Shown here one piece after another: positions 23,337 to 32,827 of a stretch of 33,555 nucleotides of DNA (its first letter is position 1; each line of letters opens with the position of its first letter). Origin of the DNA: Clostridia bacterium (GTDB lineage Bacteria; Bacillota; Clostridia; Christensenellales; CAG-1252). Position numbers and translations under genes: made by a program. The DNA is taken from positions 1 through 33,555 of the forward strand of contig JAGAAA010000058.1 of assembly GCA_017615495.1 (NCBI GenBank), read 5' to 3'. The notes beneath the pieces were generated by a model, which was not told where the DNA came from, searched no databases, and worked only from the letters and a program-made list of their open reading frames with translations.

Positions 23337-25433
23337 TTATTCGGCCTTCTCCAGAATCTCCATCAAACGCAAATCAATGCGCTTCTTCTCGTCGATCTTG
23401 ATAACCTTAACCCTGACAAGGTCGCCGATGTTGACAACGTCCTCGACCTTCTCCACTCTCTCGCTGGAAAGCTTGGAAATATGGATCATGCCGTCCTTGC
23501 CCGGAGCGATCTCAACAAACGCGCCGATGGGGATGATGCGAGCAACTCTACCTTCGTACACGTCGCCCTTTTCGGGGTCTTTGCAGATGGCGTCGATGAT
23601 CTTCTTAGCCTTATCCGCGCTTGCGCTATCCGGGCTGGCGATGAAGACGATGTTGTCGTCGCTGATGTCGATCTTTACGCCGGTATCTTCGATGATCTTG
23701 TTGATGGTCTTACCGCCGCTGCCGATGACTTCACGCACCTTATCGGGGTCGATCGGGAAGGAGATGATCTTGGGAGCGAACTTGGAAAGTTCCTTACGCG
23801 GTTCGGGAAGAACGGCGAGCATCTTGCCAAGAATGAATTCCCTGCCCTCTTTCGCCTGAGCGAGAGCGGTGCGGAGGATCTGCTCATCGATGCCCTTGAT
23901 CTTGATATCCATCTGAATAGCGGTGATACCTTCTCTGGTACCTGCCACTTTGAAGTCCATATCGCCGAGGAAGTCCTCAAGTCCCTGGATGTCGCTCATG
24001 ACTGCGACTTTGCCGCTTTCAACGTCCTTGATGAGGCCCATTGCAATACCGGCAACGGGTGCCTTGATGGGCACGCCCGCATCCATAAGAGCAAGGGTGC
24101 TACCGCAGATACTTGCCTGCGAAGTGGAGCCGTTGGAGCTCAAGATCTCGGAAACCGTGCGGATGGCGTAGGGGAAATCCTGCTCGCTGGGGAGCACAGG
24201 CTCCAAAGCCCTTTCCGCAAGAGCGCCGTGACCGATCTCACGTCTGCCCGGGCTCTTAAGCTGACGGGCTTCGCCCGTGCTGTACGGGGGCATGTTGTAG
24301 TGGTGCATATATCTCTTGAACACGTCGTCGTCCAAGCTCTCAAGCTTTTGCGCCTCGCTGATGGTGCCGAGGGTACAAGTGGTAAGAGCCTGCGTGGAAC
24401 CACGGGTGAAAACACCGGTGCCGTGCACGCGGGGCATCACGCCGACTTCGCACCAGATAGGACGGATCTCCTTAAGAGTTCTGCCATCGGGACGCACGCC
24501 GTCGTTGATGATCTTGGAACGAACTTTTTCCTTCTTCAAAGCGTACATCGCGTCGAAGATCTCCCTCTTGCAGTTGGGGAAGATCTCGGCAAAGTGCTCT
24601 TGCACGTCCTTGTCGAGGTCATCTTCCAAAGCTTGACGCTCGTACCTGTCAAAATGGGTAAGGACGGCGTCCATCTTCTCGGAAGCGTACTCTCTGACCG
24701 CCTGAGAGATCTCAGCGGGAACGGAATACATATCCACCTTGGTGGTCTTGGGCTTGCCGCAATCCGCAGCGATGCTTTCAATGAAAGCAACGATCTTTTT
24801 GATCTCCTCGTGACCGAAGAGGATCGCGCCGAGCATTTCTTCCTCGGTGATCTCGCTGGCGCCGGCTTCGACCATCATAATGGCGTCCTTGGTGCCGGAC
24901 AAGGAAAGGTGCAACTTGCTCTTTTCCCTCTCGGCGGAATTGGGGTTGATAACGTACTTGCCATCAACGTAGCCGACGACGACCGAGCCGGTCGGGCCGC
25001 CCCACGGGATATCGGAGATCGAAAGCGCGATAGAGCTACCGATCATTGCGTAGACCTCGGGCGGAATGTCCGTATCCACACTCATTGCGGTACAAACGAC
25101 AGCAACGTCATTGAAAAGGCCCTTGGGGAAAAGCGGACGGATAGGTCTGTCGATCAAGCGGCTCACGAGGATCGCTTTATCGGAAGGACGACCTTCCCTC
25201 TTTTTGAACCCGCCGGGGATCTTGCCTACGGCATACATCTTCTCTTCGAAGTCAACTCCGAGGGGGAAGAAATCGATGCCGTCACGGGGCTGAGCCGCCA
25301 TCGTCACGTTGGTCAACACGGCGGTATCGCCGCACCTGACCAAGCAGGAACCGTTTGCCTGCTCGCAGTACGCGCCGACCTCGACGGAAACCTCTCTGCC
25401 ACCAATCATTGTCTTGTAAATCTTTCTTTCCAT
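23337..25433 (-). CDS. pnp: Polyribonucleotide nucleotidyltransferase (PNPase)
   Basis: Two RNase PH domains, a KH domain (GSGGKTINKIIE) and an S1 domain (GDVYEGRVARIIPIGAFVEI). An AGGAGG SD lies upstream of the ATG at 25431-25433. Confidence 0.98.
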   Translation of the reverse strand: MERKIYKTMIGGREVSVEVGAYCEQANGSCLVRCGDTAVLTNVTMAAQPRDGIDFFPLGVDFEEKMYAVGKIPGGFKKREGRPSDKAILVSRLIDRPIRPLFPKGLFNDVAVVCTAMSVDTDIPPEVYAMIGSSIALSISDIPWGGPTGSVVVGYVDGKYVINPNSAEREKSKLHLSLSGTKDAIMMVEAGASEITEEEMLGAILFGHEEIKKIVAFIESIAADCGKPKTTKVDMYSVPAEISQAVREYASEKMDAVLTHFDRYERQALEDDLDKDVQEHFAEIFPNCKREIFDAMYALKKEKVRSKIINDGVRPDGRTLKEIRPIWCEVGVMPRVHGTGVFTRGSTQALTTCTLGTISEAQKLESLDDDVFKRYMHHYNMPPYSTGEARQLKSPGRREIGHGALAERALEPVLPSEQDFPYAIRTVSEILSSNGSTSQASICGSTLALMDAGVPIKAPVAGIAMGLIKDVESGKVAVMSDIQGLEDFLGDMDFKVAGTREGITAIQMDIKIKGIDEQILRTALAQAKEGREFILGKMLAVLPEPRKELSKFAPKIISFPIDPDKVREVIGSGGKTINKIIEDTGVKIDISDDNIVFIASPDSASADKAKKIIDAICKDPEKGDVYEGRVARIIPIGAFVEIAPGKDGMIHISKLSSERVEKVEDVVNIGDLVRVKVIKIDEKKRIDLRLMEILEKAE

Positions 25434-25501
25434 ATTACCTCCTAAAGAACGAAACCGTCTCTGGAATCGCTCTGTTTTTTCTGTTCACGATGCCACAGCG
25501 C

Positions 25502-25531
25502 AAATAAGAGCAGGTCTCCCCGCTCTTATTT
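25502..25531 (-). terminator. Intercistronic rpsO-pnp hairpin (partial terminator or processing stem)
   Basis: 10-bp stem AAATAAGAGC / GCTCTTATTT with a 10-nt loop. On the minus strand only TTTG follows it. It lies between the rpsO stop (25545) and the pnp start. Confidence 0.5.
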
Positions 25532-25544
25532 GACAGTAAACGCA

Positions 25545-25799
25545 TTACTTTCTCAGACCCAACGCCTCGATAAGCGCTCTGTAACGCTCGATGTCGTTGT
25601 TCTTCAGATAGTTCAGAAGCTTCTTTCTCGTGCTGACCATCTGCAAAAGACCGCGACGGCCATGGTTGTCCTTCTTGTGAACGGCAAGGTGCGCGTTGAG
25701 CGCTTCGATCCTTGCGGTCAAGAGCGCGATCTGAACCTCAGGGGAACCGGTATCGCCTTCACTGCGTGCATACTTTGCAATAATTTCGCTTTTATCCAT
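25545..25799 (-). CDS. rpsO: 30S ribosomal protein S15
   Basis: 84-aa protein [49 protein letters not shown] is canonical S15. A GGAGG SD lies 8 nt upstream. Confidence 0.97.
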   Translation of the reverse strand: MDKSEIIAKYARSEGDTGSPEVQIALLTARIEALNAHLAVHKKDNHGRRGLLQMVSTRKKLLNYLKNNDIERYRALIEALGLRK

Positions 25800-25887
25800 A
25801 ATTAAACCTCCGTTTGGATAGAAATATTCGCCATGAGCGTAGTGATACGAAAGCGACTTGTAAGACCAAGCTCAAGGTACAGTAAAT

Positions 25888-25916
25888 ATAATAACATTAA
25901 AAAACTAAGTTGTAAA
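25888..25916 (-). promoter_or_regulatory. Candidate sigma-A promoter for rpsO, with a 5' UTR of about 80 nt
   Basis: The minus strand reads TTTACA (25911-25916) - 17 nt - TATTAT (25888-25893). It starts right after the hemZ stop. Confidence 0.45.
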
Positions 25917-25919
25917 GCA

Positions 25920-27317
25920 CTAATCTCGGAAAAATTCGATTTTCTTTTGTATCATTTCGTCGATGCGCTCAAGATAGCCTTTTATCTCCTTCACTTCGGC
26001 AAGGCGTTCGATCCTTCCGTTGCCGAAAATGCGCTTGGAAATGGCGCCCGCGCCCGACGCGTAAATGTCGTGCGTTTCCTCCATGATGTCTACGTTGTAC
26101 TTGCAAACTTTGCCCGGTTTTGCGTAGCCGACGTTTTCCAAACGTCCGGACGTGTTTTTCTGGCGATAAATGTAGTATGGGCGATATCCGGCTTTTTCAA
26201 GCGCGTTTCTGGCGTGATCGGACATACGTTCGGCAAGGCCGTCGCTGAAATTGTCGTACTTGTTTTCGGCAAAAATGCTACCGCGTTTGATTGAAAGAGA
26301 ATGGATGGTTACGTTTTCGGGCGAAAGATCGATCGCCACGTCCATCGAGTGCTTGAAATCCTCAAAACTTTCACCGGGAAGCATGGTGATAAAATCCATA
26401 TTGACGTCCAAACCGCCCGCGTCGCGTACCAAGCGGTATGCGTTGAAGATATCTTCCACCGTGTGACGGCGCCCGATGACGTCCAACGTTTCCTGTTTGA
26501 AGGTTTGCGGATTGACCGAAACGCGTGTGACGGCGCGCTGTTTTAAAACAGCGACCTTTTCTTCCGTCAAAGTTTCGGGGCGACCTGCCTCAACGGTGAA
26601 CTCTTCCCCGTTTGCTTTGATGGCGGCGAGCACGACGTCCAGTTGCTCTGCGGAAAGAGACGTGGGGGTACCACCGCCGACGTAAATGGCGCGGCGTGGC
26701 TTAGCGGGCGGCACGCACTCGATATCGCGCACCAGCGCATCCACGTAAGCGGGCAAATTGCTCTTTTTGGGTCGAATGACTTCGGAAAGAAAACTGCAAT
26801 AATGGCAACGCGACGGACAGAACGGAATATTGACAAACCAATCCGCCTTTTCCGTTTCGGCGCCGATGATCCCTTTTTGCGATTCGACGATCTCGGCAAG
26901 CAAACTTGTTTTGGAAGGAGAAACGCGGAAGTAATCGACGAGTTCCGTCATTGGGTCCTTTCCTTCGTCAATGAGTTCGTAAAAAAGTTTGGTGGGACGG
27001 ATGCCCGTCAGCGAACCGTACGAAAGCGAAACGCCTGCGACGGAGGAAAGAAAATCGTAAAGGTCACGCTTCAAAAAGCGCTTTAAGCAACGCTTGCGGT
27101 AAAGGTCGCTCCAATTTTCATCCACGGCGTACTCGCCGGAACGAGTGGGATACCCCTCGGCGGAAACGAGGGTTTTTGCCTTGCCGCCGTTAACCGTAAG
27201 ATCGGCAACGACGACGGCGCCGTCTTCCGCAAGCAAAAGGTACGGAGCAAACGCGCGTACCACCTCTTCCAGTTCGTTTTTAAAGCTTTCGCAGTTGGTT
27301 TTAACGGATATTTTCAT
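25920..27317 (-). CDS. hemZ: Radical SAM HemN-like protein, HemZ type (coproporphyrinogen dehydrogenase-like)
   Basis: The radical SAM motif is NIPFCPSRCHYCSF. It has a HemN-like core and the ~170-aa N-terminal extension typical of clostridial HemZ. Its start overlaps the upstream stop by 4 nt. Confidence 0.78.
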   Translation of the reverse strand: MKISVKTNCESFKNELEEVVRAFAPYLLLAEDGAVVVADLTVNGGKAKTLVSAEGYPTRSGEYAVDENWSDLYRKRCLKRFLKRDLYDFLSSVAGVSLSYGSLTGIRPTKLFYELIDEGKDPMTELVDYFRVSPSKTSLLAEIVESQKGIIGAETEKADWFVNIPFCPSRCHYCSFLSEVIRPKKSNLPAYVDALVRDIECVPPAKPRRAIYVGGGTPTSLSAEQLDVVLAAIKANGEEFTVEAGRPETLTEEKVAVLKQRAVTRVSVNPQTFKQETLDVIGRRHTVEDIFNAYRLVRDAGGLDVNMDFITMLPGESFEDFKHSMDVAIDLSPENVTIHSLSIKRGSIFAENKYDNFSDGLAERMSDHARNALEKAGYRPYYIYRQKNTSGRLENVGYAKPGKVCKYNVDIMEETHDIYASGAGAISKRIFGNGRIERLAEVKEIKGYLERIDEMIQKKIEFFRD

Positions 27318-27958
27318 AACAAGTTCAATATTGGATTAGTGGAATATTCCTCAGCGATGGTCGTTTGCGGCTCGCAAGGCGCGGCGAATTGAGAAGCAAA
27401 CCCGTGCCCGGCATACACCTTCGTTTCTGCGGGAAGCTCAAAAAGTTCGTTTGCAATGGAGCACAACAAATCTTGCTCGTCTCCCGTCGGAAAATCGGTG
27501 CGACCATACGAACCCGAGAAAAGGGTATCCCCCGTAAAAAGCGCATCCTCCATCAAATAACACACACCGCCCTGCGTATGCCCGGGCGTATGGATTACCT
27601 TGACAGAAAAAGGCTCCAAAAGGAGCGTTTCGCCGTCCGTTACCGTCACGTCGGGGGCAAATGTTTCCATCGAAAAGCCAAGCGCAACGGATAAGTTTGC
27701 CTTGCTGTTTATTACGCTGACTTCCTCTTTGTGCGCATACACTTTGACGCCCGCTCTTTGAAGCGCCGCGGCGCCAAGCGCGTGGTCGACGTGCCCGTGC
27801 GTCAACAAGACGGCGATAGGCTCAACGGAAAGACGCTCGCACTCCGCAAGCACCCTTTCGCCACTCGTACCGGGGTCGATAACGAGCGCTTTACCTTCCT
27901 CGCAGACGATATACGTAAGTTCGGACAGATAGTCCCCTTGCAGCGCGAAGACGGTCAT
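27314..27958 (-). CDS. MBL-fold metallo-hydrolase (glyoxalase II-like)
   Basis: LLTHGHVDHALGAA (HxHxDH), ...HTPGHTQGG...TGDTLF...GRTDF...GHG. Confidence 0.85.
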   Translation of the reverse strand: MTVFALQGDYLSELTYIVCEEGKALVIDPGTSGERVLAECERLSVEPIAVLLTHGHVDHALGAAALQRAGVKVYAHKEEVSVINSKANLSVALGFSMETFAPDVTVTDGETLLLEPFSVKVIHTPGHTQGGVCYLMEDALFTGDTLFSGSYGRTDFPTGDEQDLLCSIANELFELPAETKVYAGHGFASQFAAPCEPQTTIAEEYSTNPILNLL

Positions 27959-30285
27959 AGTATCTTTTTTAACGCCATCAGGCGCTTATACAGCACGGAT
28001 GCCGCAGGATCGCTCATTTGGCGGGCGTACAAGGCAAAGCCTTGCCCAACCGAGATTGCGCCCGCCTCAAAGAGGACGTAAAAATGAATTAAAAACTCTT
28101 CTTCACCGCCGGCGGAGATGCGTTTGGCAAGATCCACGGGGGAAGCAGCGCCCGCCCCGCTGAATATGAATTTGTTGATCTTTTGGTAAGTTGCCGTCAA
28201 AGCGTTCAAAGAAAGGTCGACCTTTTTGAAGACGTCGGCGTACGGATAGCGGTTTTTGACGACGGAGACCTCCGCCCCCGTCGATTTGACCAAGCGGGAA
28301 ACGTAACCCGTGGTCAGCGGAGTATCCAACAAGACGATCTTTCTGTAACCGATGGGGTCACCATCCGGCGCAAGCAAAACTTCGTTCCACGGGGCGTCGA
28401 AGGATTTGGCGTACTCGATGCGGGAACATCTTTGCTTATTTGCGTCGCTCGCACAAAAACGCGCGGCGCTCTCGGCGGAAAAGCTGACGAACAACGTGCA
28501 GAAGCGGTCGTCGTAAAAGGAATCCGAAAGCTCATCTTCCGTGACGACGGAATAATCGCATTTTTCCTCACGATAAAGGTTGCTACGCAAATAGCGATTA
28601 AACAGCGAAATATCTTTTGCGTCGCCCTGCGGCTCACCCACGACGAAGACGTCGTCCACGATCATTTGCGCTTTTACGACGTTTCTGAACTCGTTTTTGG
28701 AGCATTCGCACAAGAATTCGTACGAGAGCCCGAGTTGCAAGCCTTCCAAAAGATAACTCTTTCTGAAAGCGATGATCTCCCCGTCCGCGCCGAGCCTGCC
28801 CTTCACGGTTTCGCTACTGCCGAGGGGAGCAAGCGAAATATCCGCGGAAGAAAACTTAAAGATCGGTTTGGGATTGCCCACGCCAAAAGGTTCCAAAAGC
28901 GCCACGTTTTCGGCAAGGGACAAGGTAACGTCCTCGGGGCGGATGGCAAATTCATATTGATCACTGCGCGAATAGACTTCGTCCGGGTAGGTTTTTTCAA
29001 GAAAATCGTCCATCGCGTTTCTGGCGTCGATCAAGTTTTCGCGTTTTACGGTAAGGCCGGCGGCGCTTTTGTGTCCGCCGAACTTGACCAAAAAGCGCTC
29101 TGCGCTTTTGACCGTGGCGTGAATATCCACGCCTTCGCCCGCGCGCCCGCTGCCGACGAGCACGTCGTCACCCGAGAGAAGGATCACGGGACGGTTATAT
29201 TCGTTGCGCAACCTGCCGCAAACCAAGCCGACGATACCGCTAGACCAATCCTCTTTGTAAAGCAAAATGATCTTGTGCGTGGCGAGGTCGTACTCTTTCA
29301 AAAGCTCTTTGGCTTCAAGATAGGTTTTTTCAACGAGGCTTTTACGCAGTTCGTTTGCGCGGTTCATCTTTTCGACGATGCCCTGCAACTCCACGAATTC
29401 TTCGTCCACAAACAAGCGGACGCTTTCGGTGGTGTCGCCCAATCTGCCGAGAGAATTGATCCTCGGACCGATTTGGAAGCCGACGGCATGCGGATCGACG
29501 GGACCCTTCAAATCGATGGATTGTATCAAAAGACGCAAACCTTTGTTGATGGACTCGCGAGAATTGATCTTTTTGAGCCCCAACGAAACGATCAAGCGGT
29601 TTTCACCCGTGAGGGGCACGACGTCCGCCACGGTAGCCACCGCGGCAAGCTCAACGTAGCGCCACGCCGCTTCAAACCCGCCAAGCGCTTGCACAAGCTT
29701 AAACGCTACGCCCGCGCCGCAAAGGTCAACGCACGGAGATGCGGGATCTTGCTTGGGGTTGACGACGACGGCGCTCGGCAAAACTTCCGGCAAAACGTGG
29801 TGGTCGGTGACGATGAGGTCGATCGCCAGCACCTCTTCCAAATATTCCGCTTCCTCCTTAGAGGAAACGCCGCAGTCAACGGTGACGATCAAGTCGGGAT
29901 AATAGGTTTCCGCAATCGCTTCTAAGGCTTCTGTAGTGAGCCCGTAGCCCGTGTCAAAACGGTTGGGGATGTAGTAATCGACGTCCGCGCCAAGCGAGGA
30001 CAAATAACCGTACAAAATGGCGGTGGCCGTGATGCCGTCGCAGTCGTAATCGCCGTAAACGACGATCTTTTCACCGTCTGCGACCGCTTGGCGGATGCGT
30101 TCGACCGCCTTTGTCATGCCGGTCAAAAGAAAAGGATCTTGGAAGTCGTCCTTGGAGGGATACAAAAACTTCCTCGCCGCATCCGGCGTATTCACGCCGC
30201 GATTGACGAGCATTTCCGCAACGAGGGCGTCTACCGGCAGCGCGGAAGCAAGATTCTTAATAACTTCGGACTTCAAATTTTCCAT
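27955..30285 (-). CDS. recJ: Single-stranded-DNA-specific exonuclease RecJ (long form)
   Basis: DHH family motifs VVYGDYDCDGITA, TVDCG and LIVTDHH, a DHHA1 region (GGHKSAAG) and a ~300-aa C-terminal extension. Confidence 0.92.
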   Translation of the reverse strand: MENLKSEVIKNLASALPVDALVAEMLVNRGVNTPDAARKFLYPSKDDFQDPFLLTGMTKAVERIRQAVADGEKIVVYGDYDCDGITATAILYGYLSSLGADVDYYIPNRFDTGYGLTTEALEAIAETYYPDLIVTVDCGVSSKEEAEYLEEVLAIDLIVTDHHVLPEVLPSAVVVNPKQDPASPCVDLCGAGVAFKLVQALGGFEAAWRYVELAAVATVADVVPLTGENRLIVSLGLKKINSRESINKGLRLLIQSIDLKGPVDPHAVGFQIGPRINSLGRLGDTTESVRLFVDEEFVELQGIVEKMNRANELRKSLVEKTYLEAKELLKEYDLATHKIILLYKEDWSSGIVGLVCGRLRNEYNRPVILLSGDDVLVGSGRAGEGVDIHATVKSAERFLVKFGGHKSAAGLTVKRENLIDARNAMDDFLEKTYPDEVYSRSDQYEFAIRPEDVTLSLAENVALLEPFGVGNPKPIFKFSSADISLAPLGSSETVKGRLGADGEIIAFRKSYLLEGLQLGLSYEFLCECSKNEFRNVVKAQMIVDDVFVVGEPQGDAKDISLFNRYLRSNLYREEKCDYSVVTEDELSDSFYDDRFCTLFVSFSAESAARFCASDANKQRCSRIEYAKSFDAPWNEVLLAPDGDPIGYRKIVLLDTPLTTGYVSRLVKSTGAEVSVVKNRYPYADVFKKVDLSLNALTATYQKINKFIFSGAGAASPVDLAKRISAGGEEEFLIHFYVLFEAGAISVGQGFALYARQMSDPAASVLYKRLMALKKIL

Positions 30286-30290
30286 TTAAC

Positions 30291-30320
30291 ATAAAGAAAA
30301 GGGGCGATTTGCCGCCCCTT
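30291..30320 (-). terminator. Rho-independent terminator after secF
   Basis: 8-bp GC-rich stem AAGGGGCG (30299-30306) / CGCCCCTT (30313-30320). On the minus strand it is followed by TTCTTTAT. Confidence 0.7.
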
Positions 30321-30328
30321 AACAGTTT

Positions 30329-31384
30329 TTACGCTTTACGCTTTCTTTGACTCAACAGGTCGGAGGCGTCGCCTTTCTTTTGCGGTTGCTGACCTTTTTT
30401 GAGCTTCGCATTCATCACCGCGTTGCGGATCAAGTAATACACCGTCGGCGCGAGGATCAAGGACGAATAAGTACCGGCGATCAAACCGAACATGATCGGC
30501 CATGCGAATTGCTTCAAGGAAAGCACGCCGAAGCATCCGAGCAAGAAGACCGGGATCATCGTGGTGATGGTGGAAACGGCGGAACGGGTAAAGGTGTCGT
30601 TCACGGCTTCCTCAACGTACGCGTCAAGATTGATCTTGCCCACCTTCGGCGCCAAGCGCGTGGTCTCACGCACTCTGTCGAAGACGATGATCGTGTTGTT
30701 GATGCTGTACGCAACGATCGTGATGACCGCCGCGACGTAAGTGGTGTTGACCTCGATGTGGAAGATGATGGTAAACGCGATCATCATCAAAACGTCGTGG
30801 ATCAAACCGATCAAAGCGGAAATACCGCTCCAAAGCTCAAACCTGATGGCGATGTAAACCAGCATCACGGCGAAGATGACCACGAGGGAGATAAGCGCCT
30901 TTTGCAAAAGGTCTTTTGCGGAAGAAGCGCTGATGGACTCCAAAGAAATGTCGTCCGCCGGGATATCCGGATAGGTGGCGATGATCTTATCCTTCATCGC
31001 TTGGTTGCTGGTTTCAAGGTCGGCGTCCTTGTTTTGATACTTGAGCATCACGCCCGCTTCGGAACCGGTGCCCGTCTTTTGTACGTAGCTGACGTTGTAG
31101 CCCGCGTCTTCGACGATGGCGCGAAGATCCTTGCTGTAGGTGGCGAAGGAGCCCTCTTCGTCCAACTCGTTACCTACGGTAACGGTCATGACCGTGCCGC
31201 CGGTAAAGTCAATGCCGAGGTTCATACCTTCCTGCACGTCCTTGTTGACGACGGAGAAGATGGAGAACATAATTACCGCGATCAAGATGACCACGATGGG
31301 CACAGCGAACCAAATGCGATACTTGGAGAGGAAACGGACGTTGTAGGAGCTGAGGTCTAACTTTCTGATGCTGAACTTAGTCAT
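30329..31384 (-). CDS. secF: Protein translocase subunit SecF
   Basis: GIDFTGGTVMTV, followed by six TM segments with a SecD/SecF C-terminal-type core. It overlaps the secD 3' end by 8 nt. Confidence 0.93.
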   Translation of the reverse strand: MTKFSIRKLDLSSYNVRFLSKYRIWFAVPIVVILIAVIMFSIFSVVNKDVQEGMNLGIDFTGGTVMTVTVGNELDEEGSFATYSKDLRAIVEDAGYNVSYVQKTGTGSEAGVMLKYQNKDADLETSNQAMKDKIIATYPDIPADDISLESISASSAKDLLQKALISLVVIFAVMLVYIAIRFELWSGISALIGLIHDVLMMIAFTIIFHIEVNTTYVAAVITIVAYSINNTIIVFDRVRETTRLAPKVGKINLDAYVEEAVNDTFTRSAVSTITTMIPVFLLGCFGVLSLKQFAWPIMFGLIAGTYSSLILAPTVYYLIRNAVMNAKLKKGQQPQKKGDASDLLSQRKRKA

Positions 31385-32789
31385 TGTCGGTCACCTCCTC
31401 AACGGATTTTGCTGCGGCAATCGCGGCAGTTTCCGCCGCTTCCTTATTCTTGTTATAGAGGTTGTAAAGCTTCTCGTTCTCCCTGTTGAAGGCGAGGAAG
31501 CTGCTGACCAAAAGCCTGGTCACCACAAGCGCGGTGAAGATGCTGATCACGATACCGATGGCAAGGGTAAGAGCAAAGCTCTTAATTGCGGAAGTACCGA
31601 GGAGGTACATCACCAAGCAACCGAGAAGGGTCGTGATGTTACCGTCCATAATGGCGGAGATGGACTTTTTGAAGCCCGAGGTGACCGCCGTCTGAATGGA
31701 GATCTCACCCGTACCGATACGGTACTCGTCCTTGATACGCGAGAAGATAATAACGTTTGCGTCGACCGCCATACCGATACTGATGAGTACGCCGGCGATA
31801 CCCGCAAGAGTAAGCTGCACCCACGGGAACACCGAAAGGATGAAGACGTAGGTGATGATGTAGTAAAGGAGCGCAATGCCGGACGAAACGCCAAGCAAGC
31901 GGTACAAAACGATGAGAAGGATCAAGATCAAACCGATAGCGATCGCACCGATGACCAAGCTGGTGGAAAGAGCGTTTTCACCAAGGGTAGCGGAGATCTC
32001 ACGGCTTTCGACAAGCTTGAGTTCAACGTCGAAAGCGCCCGCGAGAAGCTGCGTAACGATGTTGTTTGCCGCAGTGTAATCGGTTGCCCATTCGGAACTG
32101 GTGATGATTGCCTTACCGTCCGAAATAACGGAGTTGACCGTCGGACCCATGACCCATTCGCCATTGATCCAAATGTTGAGCGCCTTGCCGTTAAGTTCGG
32201 TGGTGGCTTTGGCAAACTTGTCCGTGCCTTCGGCGTCGAACTTTAACGCAACGACGTATTGATTATCTTCGTTAACGGAAACGTAAGCGGTTTCGAGGTC
32301 CTTACCGGTGACCCACAGACCTTCGTCGGTGAAAGTCTCGCCCTTACCTTCCGTCCTGAATTCCAAACTCGAAGGCGTACCGATCAAGTTGAACAAGGTT
32401 TCGGGATCGGATACGTCAGGGACTTCGACCCTGATGCGGTCGTCGCCCACCTTGCTGACCGTGGCTTCGGTGTAACCTTTGTCATACAGCATATTGGACA
32501 ACTGATCTACCGTGCCGTCCATACGAGAACTGAGGTTGGAAGTGTCGGTCGTGTTAGCTTCGAAAACGGCGTAAACGCCGCCCTTCATATCAAGCCCGAG
32601 ACTGATCCTTCTCGGATAAGCCGTATAATCGTTGATGCCAAGCTCGCCGTTGTCAAGAGAAACGAAAGCGAAGACCGCGCCCATTATGATCAGGATACCC
32701 AAGACCACAAAAACCGCGATCGCCTTGCCCTTCGTCATTTTGGGCTTCGAGCTATTAGAGCTGTTTTCTTTCGAAAAAGTCCTACTCAC
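31377..32789 (-). CDS. secD: Protein translocase subunit SecD
   Basis: GLDMKGGVYAVFEA, a periplasmic-type head domain and a C-terminal 5-TM core (..GIAGVLISIGMAVDANVIIFSRIKDE). The GTG start at 32787-32789 lies 8 nt after GGAGG; an alternative ATG lies 17 codons downstream. Confidence 0.92.
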   Translation of the reverse strand: MSRTFSKENSSNSSKPKMTKGKAIAVFVVLGILIIMGAVFAFVSLDNGELGINDYTAYPRRISLGLDMKGGVYAVFEANTTDTSNLSSRMDGTVDQLSNMLYDKGYTEATVSKVGDDRIRVEVPDVSDPETLFNLIGTPSSLEFRTEGKGETFTDEGLWVTGKDLETAYVSVNEDNQYVVALKFDAEGTDKFAKATTELNGKALNIWINGEWVMGPTVNSVISDGKAIITSSEWATDYTAANNIVTQLLAGAFDVELKLVESREISATLGENALSTSLVIGAIAIGLILILLIVLYRLLGVSSGIALLYYIITYVFILSVFPWVQLTLAGIAGVLISIGMAVDANVIIFSRIKDEYRIGTGEISIQTAVTSGFKKSISAIMDGNITTLLGCLVMYLLGTSAIKSFALTLAIGIVISIFTALVVTRLLVSSFLAFNRENEKLYNLYNKNKEAAETAAIAAAKSVEEVTDND

Positions 32790-32827
32790 AGGTCATGCCT
32801 CCAAATTAAAGAATAAATACTTTATCT

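Noticed and set aside
23481-25445. Very long antisense ORFs opposite real genes: 654 aa opposite pnp, 594 aa (18961-20745) opposite ftsK, 580 aa (28183-29925) opposite recJ, 477 aa (14058-15491) opposite recA, 454 aa (21333-22697) opposite the M16 peptidase, and 344 aa (10845-11879) opposite proC-rnhA.
   Set aside because: In every case the antisense ORF is in exactly the same codon phase as the sense gene; the coordinate differences are multiples of 3. Stops on the antisense strand can then arise only from sense TTA, CTA or TCA codons, which this genome evidently avoids. The translated products are low-complexity (R/G/A/V/D/H-rich) with no recognisable motifs. The sense genes are unambiguous housekeeping proteins. 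These are shadow ORFs caused by codon bias.
25800-25887. Possible S15 autoregulatory leader upstream of rpsO.
   Set aside because: Only short 4-bp nested stems (TCGC...GCGA, CGTA-TCAC-TACG) could be found by eye. I could not support any resemblance to a known S15-binding pseudoknot or three-way junction. It is left as an unannotated 5' UTR.
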